From a virus: a stretch of DNA of 47,802 nt. Made by a program: the position numbers and the translations under genes. The DNA lies in the IMG/VR virus record IMGVR_UViG_3300015275_000001, positions 1-47,802 of that record; one strand, written 5' to 3'. The notes below the pieces were generated by a model. That model was not told where the DNA came from. It worked only from the letters and a program-made list of their open reading frames with translations, and searched no databases. Below, one piece after another: positions 1 through 9,471 of the stretch (its first letter is position 1; each line of letters opens with the position of its first letter).

Positions 1-123
1 CCCATTGCCTCGCCTGAGCCATAGACGAGGAAGGCCGGGGACAGCGGCGCGTAAATCCAGAACGAGGCGAACAGCAGCCAGTTAATGCCGACCGCCGTCG
101 CCGCGAACCGCAATTCCCCGCGC
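1..123. repeat. Terminal direct repeat, copy 1 (identical to 47680-47802)
   Basis: Direct string comparison shows cccattgcctcgcctgagcc...caattccccgcgc at both ends. Confidence 0.95.
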
Positions 124-194
124 TCTTCACGCGCCAGGCAGGCGGCCGTGATGACCGCCGCGCAGGATGCACCAAAGAGCGCGAGGACCAGCAT
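1..194 (-). CDS. 5' part of the polytopic membrane protein gene that continues in 47331-47802 (junction-spanning; bases 1-123 are the duplicate)
   Basis: On the circular map the frame of ORF 47331..47792 stays open upstream to ATG at 194-192. This adds MLVLALFGASCAAVITAACLAREERGEL (an extra TM helix). The ATG overlaps the TAA of the upstream ORF by 1 nt. Confidence 0.6.
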   Translation of the reverse strand, partial: MLVLALFGASCAAVITAACLAREERGELRFAATAVGINWLLFASFWIYAPLSPAFLVYGSGEAM

Positions 195-373
195 TAGCCG
201 GGCTTGCCGGGCTGCGTCGGGTTGGTCGTCCCGCCGCCACCGCTTTCATCGCCGGGCACGGTGTCCGGCTCTTCACCGCCTTCGCGCGCCGCATCACCAC
301 GGATCAGCTCGTCCAGCTTCTCCGCGTCTTCCTGCGGGGCCTTACGCTCCGCCTGCACGGGTACTTCCTGCAT
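194..373 (-). CDS. Hypothetical acidic Gly/Pro-rich protein (59 aa)
   Basis: ATG at 373 forms a TGATG overlap with the upstream stop. Its stop overlaps the next start. No recognisable motif. Confidence 0.5.
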   Translation of the reverse strand: MQEVPVQAERKAPQEDAEKLDELIRGDAAREGGEEPDTVPGDESGGGGTTNPTQPGKPG

Positions 374-624
374 CACTTATTCTCCGCCGGGGTAGCGCCC
401 GACTGCGCATGGTAATCGCGGTCGAAGATCGCGGGGCTGACGACGGTCAGCACGCCGTTGGCGCGGACCAGCCAGTCACCCGGCGCCATCCACTGCTCGC
501 CATCGGCAGTCTTCACGACACCGACCGGACCCCATTTCTTCTGGACGATCGTCACGTCCGCCATCGGCTGGCCGGTCCACTGCTCGGCATCCACCAAGCC
601 GTTCGGTCCATTGTATTGCGCCAT
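373..624 (-). CDS. Hypothetical protein (83 aa) downstream of tail fibre
   Basis: TAATG coupling to the fibre gene stop at 624. Confidence 0.6.
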   Translation of the reverse strand: MAQYNGPNGLVDAEQWTGQPMADVTIVQKKWGPVGVVKTADGEQWMAPGDWLVRANGVLTVVSPAIFDRDYHAQSGATPAENK

Positions 625-2531
625 TAGAAGCTCCCCAGGGCGTTAAGGGTGAAGGCGCGGTCAGCTGCGTTGCCAGCCGCGTCCAAGGTCGTGATTTCGA
701 GATATTCGTTCGCGCGGCCCGAGATCGTTGCCATGCCGGTGCCGTTGAACACAGTGGGGTTGGCATTCACCCGCAGCGGCTGACGCGGCTGGGTTTTGTA
801 AAACGCGCGGTACACGCCCGTGCCGGTCTTACTCACCGATGCGATGTTGATCGTGAACAGCGGGTCGAGGTCGTACGTCCCGTCTGCGGCCACGGTAACC
901 GAGGCAACCGGATAGGTCGCGCCGCGTACAGCAAAGTTATTAGTTTCGGGGCGTTCCTCATCATATTGATAAAGGTTGACACCTTCATCGAGCAGAATGC
1001 CGGGCGTTTGCATACGCAGCACCTTGCGCAATGCAGACGGCGTATAGCCGTTGAAGCCTTTGTAGCCGTTTCCGTGATGTCCTAGAATAAACTTCGCCTG
1101 TTGACTTGCTGCCGCGCCGGTCACAGCCGCGTCGATATGATGCTGTACCCAGCGGGACGGGTCTGTCCCGCCCCTATGGAAAGTGTTCCATAAGACAGCA
1201 CAGAGCCCACTGTACGGGCTCGACCAACCAAAGTTTATATCCGCTGCTCCGTAATTGTTCTCGAAGTAATTACGCAAGGCGGATAGACCAACAGCGCCTT
1301 CGGGTGGCCCCCCCTCGTAGAGAATGGTGTTGCTCGTAGCGTACAAGCCATTGCCCTCGAACTTCATGTCTTCGATGGTCCACGACGCGCCGCGGATGAT
1401 GTGGACGCCTATTTCCGCGCAGCTAGAAACCAGACCCTCTTTAAGAGTGACGACGTTGGGGTTGGTAAAGTCTCCCAATTGGGCTCGCATGCCAACGGCG
1501 CAAGACAGCAAGTGCAACTGCCTGGCGTAAAAGCTGATGATATCCGTCGCAGAGATGCCAGTAGCAAATCCGTCGAATATGAAATCATCCATCGAAAAAT
1601 CGACGGCATGGCGGAGTCGAATGCCTGTGCCGGAACGGTCATTGAGCGGGAAGCGCCGCACCCTCATTCCCGAGAACTTTTGGCGCAGCTGAACGCCGTC
1701 ATGGAGATCAGGTGTGTTGTAGCCCGCCACGTCAATTGCAGGATCGGACGCAGGACCATTGTAAAAGATCGTGGTATTGCCAGACCCCTCGCCCTCCCAA
1801 TTCAGACGCTTAAGATTGCCGTCGTCAACAATCGCATTGTCGCGCCGGAACGTGAATGGAATGGAAGCAGACGTCCGCACACGACCGCCCCGCTGGTAGA
1901 CGGTGATACCACCGGAATCAGACGAACCACTTTCACCACCAAACCCAAAGTTGCAGATGGCTGAGAAGACGTCCTTGAGGTCCGTGCGGGAGTCGCTTGG
2001 GTCAATGTTGCCTGACCGAAATGCCGCGCGATTGTCGATCGTCATCGCATCGTAGAGATCTACGACCGTCAGGTTCTTCTCGTCCTGGCCCTGCGGTGCG
2101 CCGATTGCGACGGGGGAGGTGTAGGAGAGGCTCCGCGCACTCTGCCGCACCAGCGCCCCAGTCGTCAGCGGTACAGCATCCAGCTTGATGATGTTCACGC
2201 CGTCCGCCGTGTAAGGTGCGCCTGCCGTCTGATACAGGAACGTGCCCGCCGCTGCCCCGCCGTCGCTGCCACTCGGGGGCGCGAAGATGTAGCTGGCGTT
2301 CGATGCCGCTGCGGCCTTCAAGCCCGCCAGCGTCGTGTACGTGCTGTTGGCGGGGCCGGTGTCTCCAGTGTCTCCTTTAAAGCCCGGGTTCTGCTGGATT
2401 GCGGCATCGGCAAACTTATCAAGCGCCTGAGCATCACTGTCAGTTGGCAGGACTCCATAATTACCAGTCCGCCGCGCGAGTTCGGTCACGCCAGGGCCAC
2501 GTGCGCCCGTGACGACGAGTTTATCCGCCAT
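624..2531 (-). CDS. Tail fibre / tailspike-like protein (635 aa)
   Basis: Last large gene of the tail module. It has an N-terminal GDTGDTG collagen-like stretch. The body is beta-rich (Gly/Asn/Ser/Thr) and resembles beta-helix depolymerase-type spikes. Family not verified. Confidence 0.6.
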   Translation of the reverse strand: MADKLVVTGARGPGVTELARRTGNYGVLPTDSDAQALDKFADAAIQQNPGFKGDTGDTGPANSTYTTLAGLKAAAASNASYIFAPPSGSDGGAAAGTFLYQTAGAPYTADGVNIIKLDAVPLTTGALVRQSARSLSYTSPVAIGAPQGQDEKNLTVVDLYDAMTIDNRAAFRSGNIDPSDSRTDLKDVFSAICNFGFGGESGSSDSGGITVYQRGGRVRTSASIPFTFRRDNAIVDDGNLKRLNWEGEGSGNTTIFYNGPASDPAIDVAGYNTPDLHDGVQLRQKFSGMRVRRFPLNDRSGTGIRLRHAVDFSMDDFIFDGFATGISATDIISFYARQLHLLSCAVGMRAQLGDFTNPNVVTLKEGLVSSCAEIGVHIIRGASWTIEDMKFEGNGLYATSNTILYEGGPPEGAVGLSALRNYFENNYGAADINFGWSSPYSGLCAVLWNTFHRGGTDPSRWVQHHIDAAVTGAAASQQAKFILGHHGNGYKGFNGYTPSALRKVLRMQTPGILLDEGVNLYQYDEERPETNNFAVRGATYPVASVTVAADGTYDLDPLFTINIASVSKTGTGVYRAFYKTQPRQPLRVNANPTVFNGTGMATISGRANEYLEITTLDAAGNAADRAFTLNALGSF

Positions 2532-2877
2532 AGGTCACTCCAGGAACAAGGCTGATGATGCCGCGACGCTCGACGGTGATGAGGCCACCGCTGTCGACCC
2601 GACGTAGGTCGTAGGCGAGGCGCACGACTTCATACTGGCCAGACACACCAACCAGCGTCGCTCCCTTGATGGTCTCGGTGAAATAGCCTTGGTTGCCAGG
2701 CTCAATCTCAACGACAGCCGACGCAACGGGAGTGCCGCCATCGCCGGGCAAACGGCGGATATCCAGCGCCATGATATTGCTGGTCAGGTCGATCGGCAGC
2801 CCAGCATCATCAACAAGCTGCGAGGTGGCTGAGAAGTCGCCATTACGCGGCACCTCTAGATCAAGCATGACGGTCAT
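2521..2877 (-). CDS. Tail-associated hypothetical protein (118 aa)
   Basis: Internal ATG at 2877 gives an ATGA overlap with the upstream stop. The longer ORF-track start would overlap the neighbour by 70 nt. Confidence 0.55.
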   Translation of the reverse strand: MTVMLDLEVPRNGDFSATSQLVDDAGLPIDLTSNIMALDIRRLPGDGGTPVASAVVEIEPGNQGYFTETIKGATLVGVSGQYEVVRLAYDLRRVDSGGLITVERRGIISLVPGVTYGG

Positions 2878-3551
2878 TCCGACACCTCGACAAACTTGAT
2901 GGATGCATCGGCGTATTGGCCGAGTTCGATCATGGGGGTCCAATCCTCACCGGGGACAGCGAGGCACAGCGTAACGGGCCAATCAAAATTGGCGTCAGTG
3001 CCTGCGTTGACGGGGGCGCGAAGCGGTGGTTCGATTTGATAGGTGTCGGCTGCAATTCGACGCCGGATGCGATAGCCGCGATTTCCGAAGGATACGCGCT
3101 CACCACCCGTAATCGGAGCGCCGCGAACCATGGCGATCTTGACTGTCGTTGCGCGCAGCTGTGCGCTTTCAAGCACCGTTGCCACGATGTACGGTGCTTG
3201 GAACCGGGTTACGGTTGGGAATAGTGGGTCGTCTGTATAAAGGTCGCTTGGCGGCATCAGCCCGCGTGCGCCGTAAGCAGGCCGGGGCGCAGTTTCCAGC
3301 GACAACATCGGAACCAAAACAGGCGCCGTGCCTGCGTTTAGATATCCGTTCCAAGCCTCCCAGTCTTTTATTTCTGCCGGGGAGTTCAACGATATGTCGC
3401 TATATTCGATGCTCCAGCGCCCGCCGCCATCAATGATGACTTGATCCTCGACTCCCGACAGGCTGGTGCCGCCAGATAGTACCTTGCGTTCAATGTATGA
3501 GCGCACCCCGCTGGGGCAAAACAGATGCGCGGGGAAAATAGGCGTCGCCAT
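2874..3551 (-). CDS. Tail-associated hypothetical protein (225 aa)
   Basis: ATG at 3551 follows one copy of the conserved intergenic element. Lies between the J-like protein and the fibre. Confidence 0.65.
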   Translation of the reverse strand: MATPIFPAHLFCPSGVRSYIERKVLSGGTSLSGVEDQVIIDGGGRWSIEYSDISLNSPAEIKDWEAWNGYLNAGTAPVLVPMLSLETAPRPAYGARGLMPPSDLYTDDPLFPTVTRFQAPYIVATVLESAQLRATTVKIAMVRGAPITGGERVSFGNRGYRIRRRIAADTYQIEPPLRAPVNAGTDANFDWPVTLCLAVPGEDWTPMIELGQYADASIKFVEVSE

Positions 3552-3582
3552 GTTTCATGGCTACGTCTGTCCGCCTCCAGAA

Positions 3583-3592
3583 TTACCGCCGT
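3583..3592 (-). repeat. Late-operon junction element, copy E (minus strand CTGACGGCGGTAATT)
   Basis: ttaccgccgt overlaps the TGA of the J-like gene, 41 nt before the next ATG. Confidence 0.7.
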
Positions 3593-5799
3593 CAGACGTC
3601 CGGATTAACCTCTCCACCTCCGCCCCCGCCCACACCGCCGGGGCCTGAAGCGCCTCCGCCATTACTGGGAGGCGAGCCAATGGCTGGTGTGGTCACATAA
3701 CCGACATAATGGCGATACGGATGCGCTGCCGACAACGCCGCCTCATCAGTGCTTGTTGTGGCCTGATAGCCTACAGACCCGCCAGCCCGCGCGGCGTCAT
3801 CATAAAAGATTGAGTAATAGGTTTCAGCCGTCAACCCATCGACGCCACCGCCACTGACTGCGACAGTGCGATCACTATAGATACGATCATGGCTGCCGAT
3901 CGTAATAGATGAACCGCCGGTATCCGACTGTGCCGTAATCGTCAGCGCTTCGGACGGCTTGCTCGTCGCAATGATGGCGGACGCAATAGGCGCCGGATCG
4001 GCCGGGCTACCTACCGTCTCCACCGTCACCGTGTCGCTCCAGCCTGACAACTGCCCGCCCGCGCTCCGATACTCAACTTGCACCTGCACGTCCGCATTTA
4101 TTGGCACGAAGCTGGTCAACAGCGAGACAGAGGGGCCTGGGTCCTGATCGGGATAGGCCTGCTCGTTCCAGACGCCGGTTCCGACCCGCCAGCGCGCATA
4201 CCAAGTCAGGCCGGAGGTGCCGTCGCTCCCAACCGAGATCTGAATGCGCGCCCCCGTGCCCTCGACTGATCCATCCCCGGTAGCAGTCGCATACGATACC
4301 GCGGCGGAGGTAATGAGCGGCCTTGCTAACGGTTCAGGCGCATAGCGGTTGCCGACCGGCGCTCCTTCACCTTCTTCCGTAAACGGGTTCCAAGCATCAA
4401 TATTGGGATCGACCGCGACCCAATCGAACGTGAATCCGCCGCTCATTTCGTCCCGCTCAAGCGATATGATTTCAGCCCACCCCTTATAGAAGGTGGCGCC
4501 ACCCTCAGTCAGGTCGAGATTGATGTAGCGCTCGCCAAGCACGGTGCGACCGGAATAGTTCGTCGTGACCCGCCCACGGTCGGGTGCGTTATTTCGCGCC
4601 ATCTTGCGCTTCGCCAGTCGCCGGTTCTGTGTATGGCTGGGGGTGACGGCGCCAAGGTCTGCGGATCGGATCGCGCCGCGCTTGGCAATGTCTTCCTCGT
4701 CCCGCCATGCCTCCGCCTCAACCGAATTATAGTCATGCAGGCTGCTGACGTACGTGACGCCGATCTCGTTGACGAAATCCTCGTCTGCCACTCCGGATTG
4801 ATGGCTGAACGCGGTTATCTCATTGGGGCCGATGAATACGGTGGGCGTATAGACCCGGCCGGAATAGAGGATCAGGTGGCCCTCTTCGTTGAAGATGTAC
4901 CAGCCATCAAAGCACGCCAGCAGAGACCCGATCACGGACGCAGGCGCCTCAGTCGCTTTGTACGACAGGCAGGTCCGGTAGCGTATCTCCGAGCCTCCCG
5001 CCGCCAGGGGCTGCGCGGATCCCGCGTCATTGATTGCCGCGATGATGCGGGGTAGCTGCGGCACGAAGACCGCATTCCAGTCCTTGCCCCGCTCGACCAT
5101 CAGATACCAGATGAAGGCCAGCACCGCGTTCTCGCTGTGCTTCCACGTCGTCGGGTCATAGGCGTTCTGTGTAGGGTCGCGCGGGTCGAAGACCGGCGTC
5201 CACTGGCCTACCAGCGACATCGCCACCTGATCGCCTTGCGGGTAGGTTTCGAGGAAATATTTCTCCTTCTCCGGGGTTTTCAGGAGATAGCCCGTCACCA
5301 CGCCATCGCCGCGGTGCTGCGCGGTCCACTGCGGTAAGACGGCCTGTACGGCTCCGAATGCCGTTTCGCGCGGCAGGCCAAGGTTATAACCTGCCTTTAC
5401 ATGACCGCCCTGATAGCTCTTGTCGGGCAATGTCTGGACAACGCCGTTCGTGACTGTGACCTGCTCGTCGTTCAGATACACGCGCAGGATCGCAGCCGCT
5501 CGGCCATCATGGAACGCCCACACGTCGACCGTCGTGCCGTTCACCGTCTCAAAGCAGATGCTGGCACCGTAGAGGCGGGATATGCCGAATGCTCGAACGC
5601 GGGGAGGGCGGGGCGCGCGGATCGGTGTTTCAGTGGTTTGCGGCTTACCTGCACCAGCGTTGCCTAGGCTCGACACCAGTGATCCGACCGCTGCTGTGCC
5701 TAGCAGGATTGCCGCGCTGGCAAGCTGGCCAAGGCCGGGGATCACATTCACCGCGATCGCACCGGCTAATGTGATGATTTGCCCGAGTGCCCGGCTCAT
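3592..5799 (-). CDS. Host-specificity / central tail tip protein (lambda J-like, GTA orfg15-like), about 735 aa
   Basis: Large protein after the NlpC/P60-like gene. N-terminus is hydrophobic and Gly-rich, then GISRLYGASICFE...VYLND, typical of phage-tail_3-type host specificity proteins. ATG at 5799 makes an ATGA overlap (alternative ATG at 5811). Confidence 0.7.
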   Translation of the reverse strand: MSRALGQIITLAGAIAVNVIPGLGQLASAAILLGTAAVGSLVSSLGNAGAGKPQTTETPIRAPRPPRVRAFGISRLYGASICFETVNGTTVDVWAFHDGRAAAILRVYLNDEQVTVTNGVVQTLPDKSYQGGHVKAGYNLGLPRETAFGAVQAVLPQWTAQHRGDGVVTGYLLKTPEKEKYFLETYPQGDQVAMSLVGQWTPVFDPRDPTQNAYDPTTWKHSENAVLAFIWYLMVERGKDWNAVFVPQLPRIIAAINDAGSAQPLAAGGSEIRYRTCLSYKATEAPASVIGSLLACFDGWYIFNEEGHLILYSGRVYTPTVFIGPNEITAFSHQSGVADEDFVNEIGVTYVSSLHDYNSVEAEAWRDEEDIAKRGAIRSADLGAVTPSHTQNRRLAKRKMARNNAPDRGRVTTNYSGRTVLGERYINLDLTEGGATFYKGWAEIISLERDEMSGGFTFDWVAVDPNIDAWNPFTEEGEGAPVGNRYAPEPLARPLITSAAVSYATATGDGSVEGTGARIQISVGSDGTSGLTWYARWRVGTGVWNEQAYPDQDPGPSVSLLTSFVPINADVQVQVEYRSAGGQLSGWSDTVTVETVGSPADPAPIASAIIATSKPSEALTITAQSDTGGSSITIGSHDRIYSDRTVAVSGGGVDGLTAETYYSIFYDDAARAGGSVGYQATTSTDEAALSAAHPYRHYVGYVTTPAIGSPPSNGGGASGPGGVGGGGGGEVNPDV

Positions 5800-6194
5800 C
5801 TCGGCCCCCATACTGCAAGTGCAGTTGCCGGACCAAACGTCAGCCCGCGCTTAGCCGCCATAGCCCATTTTGAACTGGTCCAGATGGCACCCACCGGCTC
5901 CGGGCGCATCGCATCATTGACAGCTAGAACGATGCCCACATCGCCGGGACGCACCCCAACCACCCGACCTACGCCGATGGAAGAAAGGCCCCGGTCCCAT
6001 AGTTCAACCAGCCCGCCAGCCCGCTTGATGAAGCGCAGACCACCGCGGTCAGTCTGGTATCGGCCGCGCCATGTGGCCATCGGATCGCCGTGCCCCCACG
6101 ATACAGCCCATTCGCCAGGGAAAAAGCAGCAGTCGAAGGCGCCGGGCTCCCACGACCGGCTGACCGATGCCTTGAGGTAATCCGCCAGCGTCAT
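5796..6194 (-). CDS. NlpC/P60-like (papain-fold) tail-associated protein (132 aa)
   Basis: Motif W-x-PGAFDCC-FF..W plus GDVGIV and the position before the J-like gene match small phage tail K/P60-like proteins. ATGA coupling at 6191-6194. Confidence 0.5.
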   Translation of the reverse strand: MTLADYLKASVSRSWEPGAFDCCFFPGEWAVSWGHGDPMATWRGRYQTDRGGLRFIKRAGGLVELWDRGLSSIGVGRVVGVRPGDVGIVLAVNDAMRPEPVGAIWTSSKWAMAAKRGLTFGPATALAVWGPR

Positions 6195-6748
6195 TTCGCA
6201 CCAAAGCGGCGGGTCGAACCGGCCTGAAGGCTGGCAACGCGGGAAAAGATAGCGTCATCCGGCGATCGACGGCGCTGGTCAGCGTCCGTGAACCAGGCCA
6301 ATGAAGGATTGCTGCGGTCGGTATCGGTCGAGGCTACCGACAGGGTTATCGTCCGCTGACCACCCCGGTCGGCTGACTGCCTATCGGTCGTCAAGATATC
6401 GGCCTTGCCGCGCCAAGTCCAAACCGGCTTACCGGTGACCTGCCAATCAGGGTTGAGCATGACGTAACCGATGCGCAGGTCGGCGCCTTGCACGCTATCA
6501 CGATCATCAATGGCGAGGCGCACCGTTTCCGCCGTCACGCCGCTGACCTGAAAGTCAACGCGGTCCGCCAGCCCGTTCATCATCTGCTTCAGAACTGGCA
6601 CGCTTAGCAGCGCCCCCGCGCCACGGTAGATACCGCCCTGCGTGTCGACGTGATCGGCCGGGACCTGCATGTCCCCGAAGCCGGACCAGAGGCGCGCGAC
6701 AGGGTCGCAGGCAAGGCGCCAGAGGATGCAACGACGGTACACGGCCAT
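6191..6748 (-). CDS. Distal tail protein candidate (185 aa)
   Basis: First gene after the tape-measure block. Family not recognised by eye. Confidence 0.5.
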   Translation of the reverse strand: MAVYRRCILWRLACDPVARLWSGFGDMQVPADHVDTQGGIYRGAGALLSVPVLKQMMNGLADRVDFQVSGVTAETVRLAIDDRDSVQGADLRIGYVMLNPDWQVTGKPVWTWRGKADILTTDRQSADRGGQRTITLSVASTDTDRSNPSLAWFTDADQRRRSPDDAIFSRVASLQAGSTRRFGAK

Positions 6749-6780
6749 AGCGCCGTGATGTGGCGCTCAACGCGATGCAA

Positions 6781-6790
6781 TTACCGCCGT
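6781..6790 (-). repeat. Late-operon junction element, copy D (minus strand CTGTAACTCAACGGCGGTAATTGC)
   Basis: ttaccgccgt lies just downstream of the TAA (6795-6797) of the preceding ORF and before the ATG at 6748. Confidence 0.7.
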
Positions 6791-6794
6791 TGAG

Positions 6795-7112
6795 TTACAG
6801 GCCCGCGCAATCCGCAGCCCTTTCGCGTGGGTGCCATGCTTTGACATCTGTGCCTTGACCGCTCTGCCTAAGGTCGATGCGCCGGAGCGCACGAGCCTTG
6901 TCAATCCACAAGAGCTGGACCACGCCGGGCCGATCGGGTTGGGAATAGACGAATGGAGCACCGAGGTTGCCGCCCATGTCGATCAGGCAGCGCTCAATGT
7001 CGTAGATGTTACGGCTGGAAGACCCTTGAAATGTGGGCGTGTCATTGTCGAACTTACTAAACGGGCCCTCTGACGCAGCAGATAGGTGCAACAACATCGG
7101 AAACCAAACCAT
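6795..7112 (-). CDS. Exported small protein, moron-like (105 aa)
   Basis: The internal ATG gives MVWFPMLLHLSAASEG, a signal-peptide-like N-terminus. Locally lower GC. Inserted between the tape measure and distal tail genes. Confidence 0.5.
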   Translation of the reverse strand: MVWFPMLLHLSAASEGPFSKFDNDTPTFQGSSSRNIYDIERCLIDMGGNLGAPFVYSQPDRPGVVQLLWIDKARALRRIDLRQSGQGTDVKAWHPRERAADCAGL

Positions 7113-7199
7113 CGCGCTATTCCTGTTCAACAGCCTGTCCCGGCACACTGATCGGCTGACGCTACAATGTCACGCATCAATCTATTACCACACGGTAGC

Positions 7200-9308
7200 C
7201 TATATCGTGCGAGGCTGACCGAAGCGGTTAGAGGCTGCAACATAGCTAGGTGATTTGGCAAGCGTAGCTTTCCCCGCGTCGACATCCATCTGAGCTGCCT
7301 GGGTCAGGATATCTCGGCTGAGTTGATTTGCGAAGCCTTGCGGCGTCACACTATTCTGGGCGTTAACGGTGATGTTGAAGATGCGCTGCCCACTTGCGCC
7401 TCGAGGGCTAACAGCGCCCGGAGCGACGTTCAGCGTCTCACCCCGGCTAACCCGGGCGATCGGCTGTCCGTTCAAGCTGAGCAGGTTCTGGTCGACACCA
7501 GAGTTACCGCCTATCAACATGGAGCCGCCAGTCGCAAAGCCCGGAGTAGATGCCCCCACAGCCCCTTTTAGCGACTTTCCTAAATTTCCTAGCAGAGAAC
7601 CGAAGCCGCCACCGCCTTGGCTAAAGGACAGAATTGCTGCTCGCGCCGCCACGATTGCCAAGGTGCGTAAGCCATTACGCTGAAAATTTTCCCAGAAACG
7701 ATCGGATGATAAAGTGAACGCATCTTCCAACAGCCCAGCCAGCGAACGAACTCGATCTTCTCCAAGCTGACGCGCGCGCTCGTTAACTTCCCGCTCTGCC
7801 TCAAATTGCGCATCTCGTGAGGCATTTGCGGTCTTAACCATTTCGTCAAAATCGGTTGCTGGACCCAGAATGGTGGAACCGGCATCCATCTGAGCTTTAG
7901 AATACGCCTTTGCCCGATCCAGCACTGCCTGCACCCGCAGATCTGCTGCATTTGCGCGATTGAGCAAGCCAGCAGTCTGGGCCTTGTCGATCGTCTCAAT
8001 TTGCTCATTAAACTGCCGAACAGCTGCCTGCGTTGGGAAAAGCCGGTCTTCCAGCGCCTTCAGAGCTTCAGCCAGCTCCTTTTGCGCGGCTGCGGCTTCG
8101 CGCGCATCCTTGGCCTGTTCTCGAAGCGCCTGGGAATGCCCCTTCGCGGCATCCTTGGCGGCATTCACGCCACGTTCCGCCTCTGCGATCCGCGCGGTGT
8201 ATTCGGTCTGTGTGATCGTCCCGTTGCGCAGTTCTTCACGCGCCCGAGCGCGGACCTGCGCTAGATTGGCCTGAGCGCGCTGGAGGCCATTAGATGCTGA
8301 TGCCGCGAGAGCATCAGCATCAGCGAGCGCTGTGGACAACGAAGCGCCTGCCTGAGCCGCCTTTGTCGCTGCATCGCGTGTCTGGATCAGCTTACGTAAT
8401 TCAGCGCTATACGCAGCCTGACCGATGCGTCCTTGCTCAGCACGGCGGTTCAGGAGGTCGACGGCCCGTTCATAGCGGTTCGTGGCCTGCAAGACAGGAT
8501 CAAGGCTTTCCTGCACTGCCTGCTGTCGAATGCGGACGCTGGTGCGGCGGACATTGGCTTCTGCCGTCTGGACCAGCGTATCTTGCTCGGCAAGCTGGCG
8601 ACGAAGCGCAGAGGCATCAACGCCCGCTACCTGCTGGCGAATAAGAGCACCGCCGCCCTGGCCTGCCGTAGATGCGAAGCTCTCGGTGGTATTGATGCGT
8701 TCTTGAAGCTGGGCCTTGATCTGCTCGCGCTTGGCAGTCGCAGCGGCAAGGTATGCCGTTGCCTGAGCGTGGGCCACGAAGATTTCGCGCTGCCCGGTCT
8801 GAATAGCTTGGCGGCTGGCCTTTTCCATATCGCGAATGGCCTCAGCCAGGGTCTTGACCGCGCTCGCCTTTGTCTCGGCAGCGTCCGCGCCTTCCAGCAT
8901 TTTGGACGCAAAAGCGCCCGCGATCGAGATAACCGCGATGAAGCCAGGGAGCGCAATGCCGCGCAGCACCTGCCCGAGCGTGCCCCCCGCCGCGCTAATG
9001 TCTTGGAATGCCTGAACGAATTGAGGCGCCTGCTGCGCGAAGATGATGAATGGCGACTGCCCGCCACCAAGCTGCTGGCCAACATCACTGACTTGAAACC
9101 CGAGGTTACGAGTGGCGAAGCCAACCGCGTTGTGCGAGGCCACGATGCTGCGCGACGACGACTCAACCGTCCGCTCCGCTTGGGTAGCAGAGCGCTCGAT
9201 CTGGCTCATGCTGGAGTCGAAGGTGTTCGCAGAGCGAGTGACGCTGCTGTCTAGCTGACCAGTGCGGCCCTCAAGCGTGACGACGACAGTTTCAGCGTTG
9301 ACGGCCAT
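7200..9308 (-). CDS. Tail tape measure protein (702 aa)
   Basis: Long Ala/Gln/Glu-rich coiled-coil protein with a hydrophobic Gly-rich segment, directly after the tail chaperone genes. Confidence 0.85.
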   Translation of the reverse strand: MAVNAETVVVTLEGRTGQLDSSVTRSANTFDSSMSQIERSATQAERTVESSSRSIVASHNAVGFATRNLGFQVSDVGQQLGGGQSPFIIFAQQAPQFVQAFQDISAAGGTLGQVLRGIALPGFIAVISIAGAFASKMLEGADAAETKASAVKTLAEAIRDMEKASRQAIQTGQREIFVAHAQATAYLAAATAKREQIKAQLQERINTTESFASTAGQGGGALIRQQVAGVDASALRRQLAEQDTLVQTAEANVRRTSVRIRQQAVQESLDPVLQATNRYERAVDLLNRRAEQGRIGQAAYSAELRKLIQTRDAATKAAQAGASLSTALADADALAASASNGLQRAQANLAQVRARAREELRNGTITQTEYTARIAEAERGVNAAKDAAKGHSQALREQAKDAREAAAAQKELAEALKALEDRLFPTQAAVRQFNEQIETIDKAQTAGLLNRANAADLRVQAVLDRAKAYSKAQMDAGSTILGPATDFDEMVKTANASRDAQFEAEREVNERARQLGEDRVRSLAGLLEDAFTLSSDRFWENFQRNGLRTLAIVAARAAILSFSQGGGGFGSLLGNLGKSLKGAVGASTPGFATGGSMLIGGNSGVDQNLLSLNGQPIARVSRGETLNVAPGAVSPRGASGQRIFNITVNAQNSVTPQGFANQLSRDILTQAAQMDVDAGKATLAKSPSYVAASNRFGQPRTI

Positions 9309-9454
9309 CAGTGGATGCTCGCGTTATCGAACGCCTTGCGGGCGCGTTCCAGATCAACAGTTGGCTCATCATGATCGCCGTGGCGCTCGTTCCAGTGCCA
9401 CAGGCGCGTCGTATATTCCTGCCACGTCATCTCACGCCAATTAGCGCCATTCAT
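9308..9454 (-). CDS. Small tail-assembly-associated protein (48 aa; below ORF-track cutoff)
   Basis: Hand translation gives MNGANWREMTWQEYTTRLWHWNERHGDHDEPTVDLERARKAFDNASIH. Its TGA overlaps the tape-measure ATG (TGATG). Confidence 0.45.
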   Translation of the reverse strand: MNGANWREMTWQEYTTRLWHWNERHGDHDEPTVDLERARKAFDNASIH

Positions 9455-9471
9455 CAGCTGGCAGTTGGTGA

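Noticed and set aside
624-5811. A diversity-generating retroelement acting on the fibre or host-specificity genes.
   Set aside because: There is no reverse transcriptase ORF anywhere in the window, and I noticed no template/variable repeat pair.
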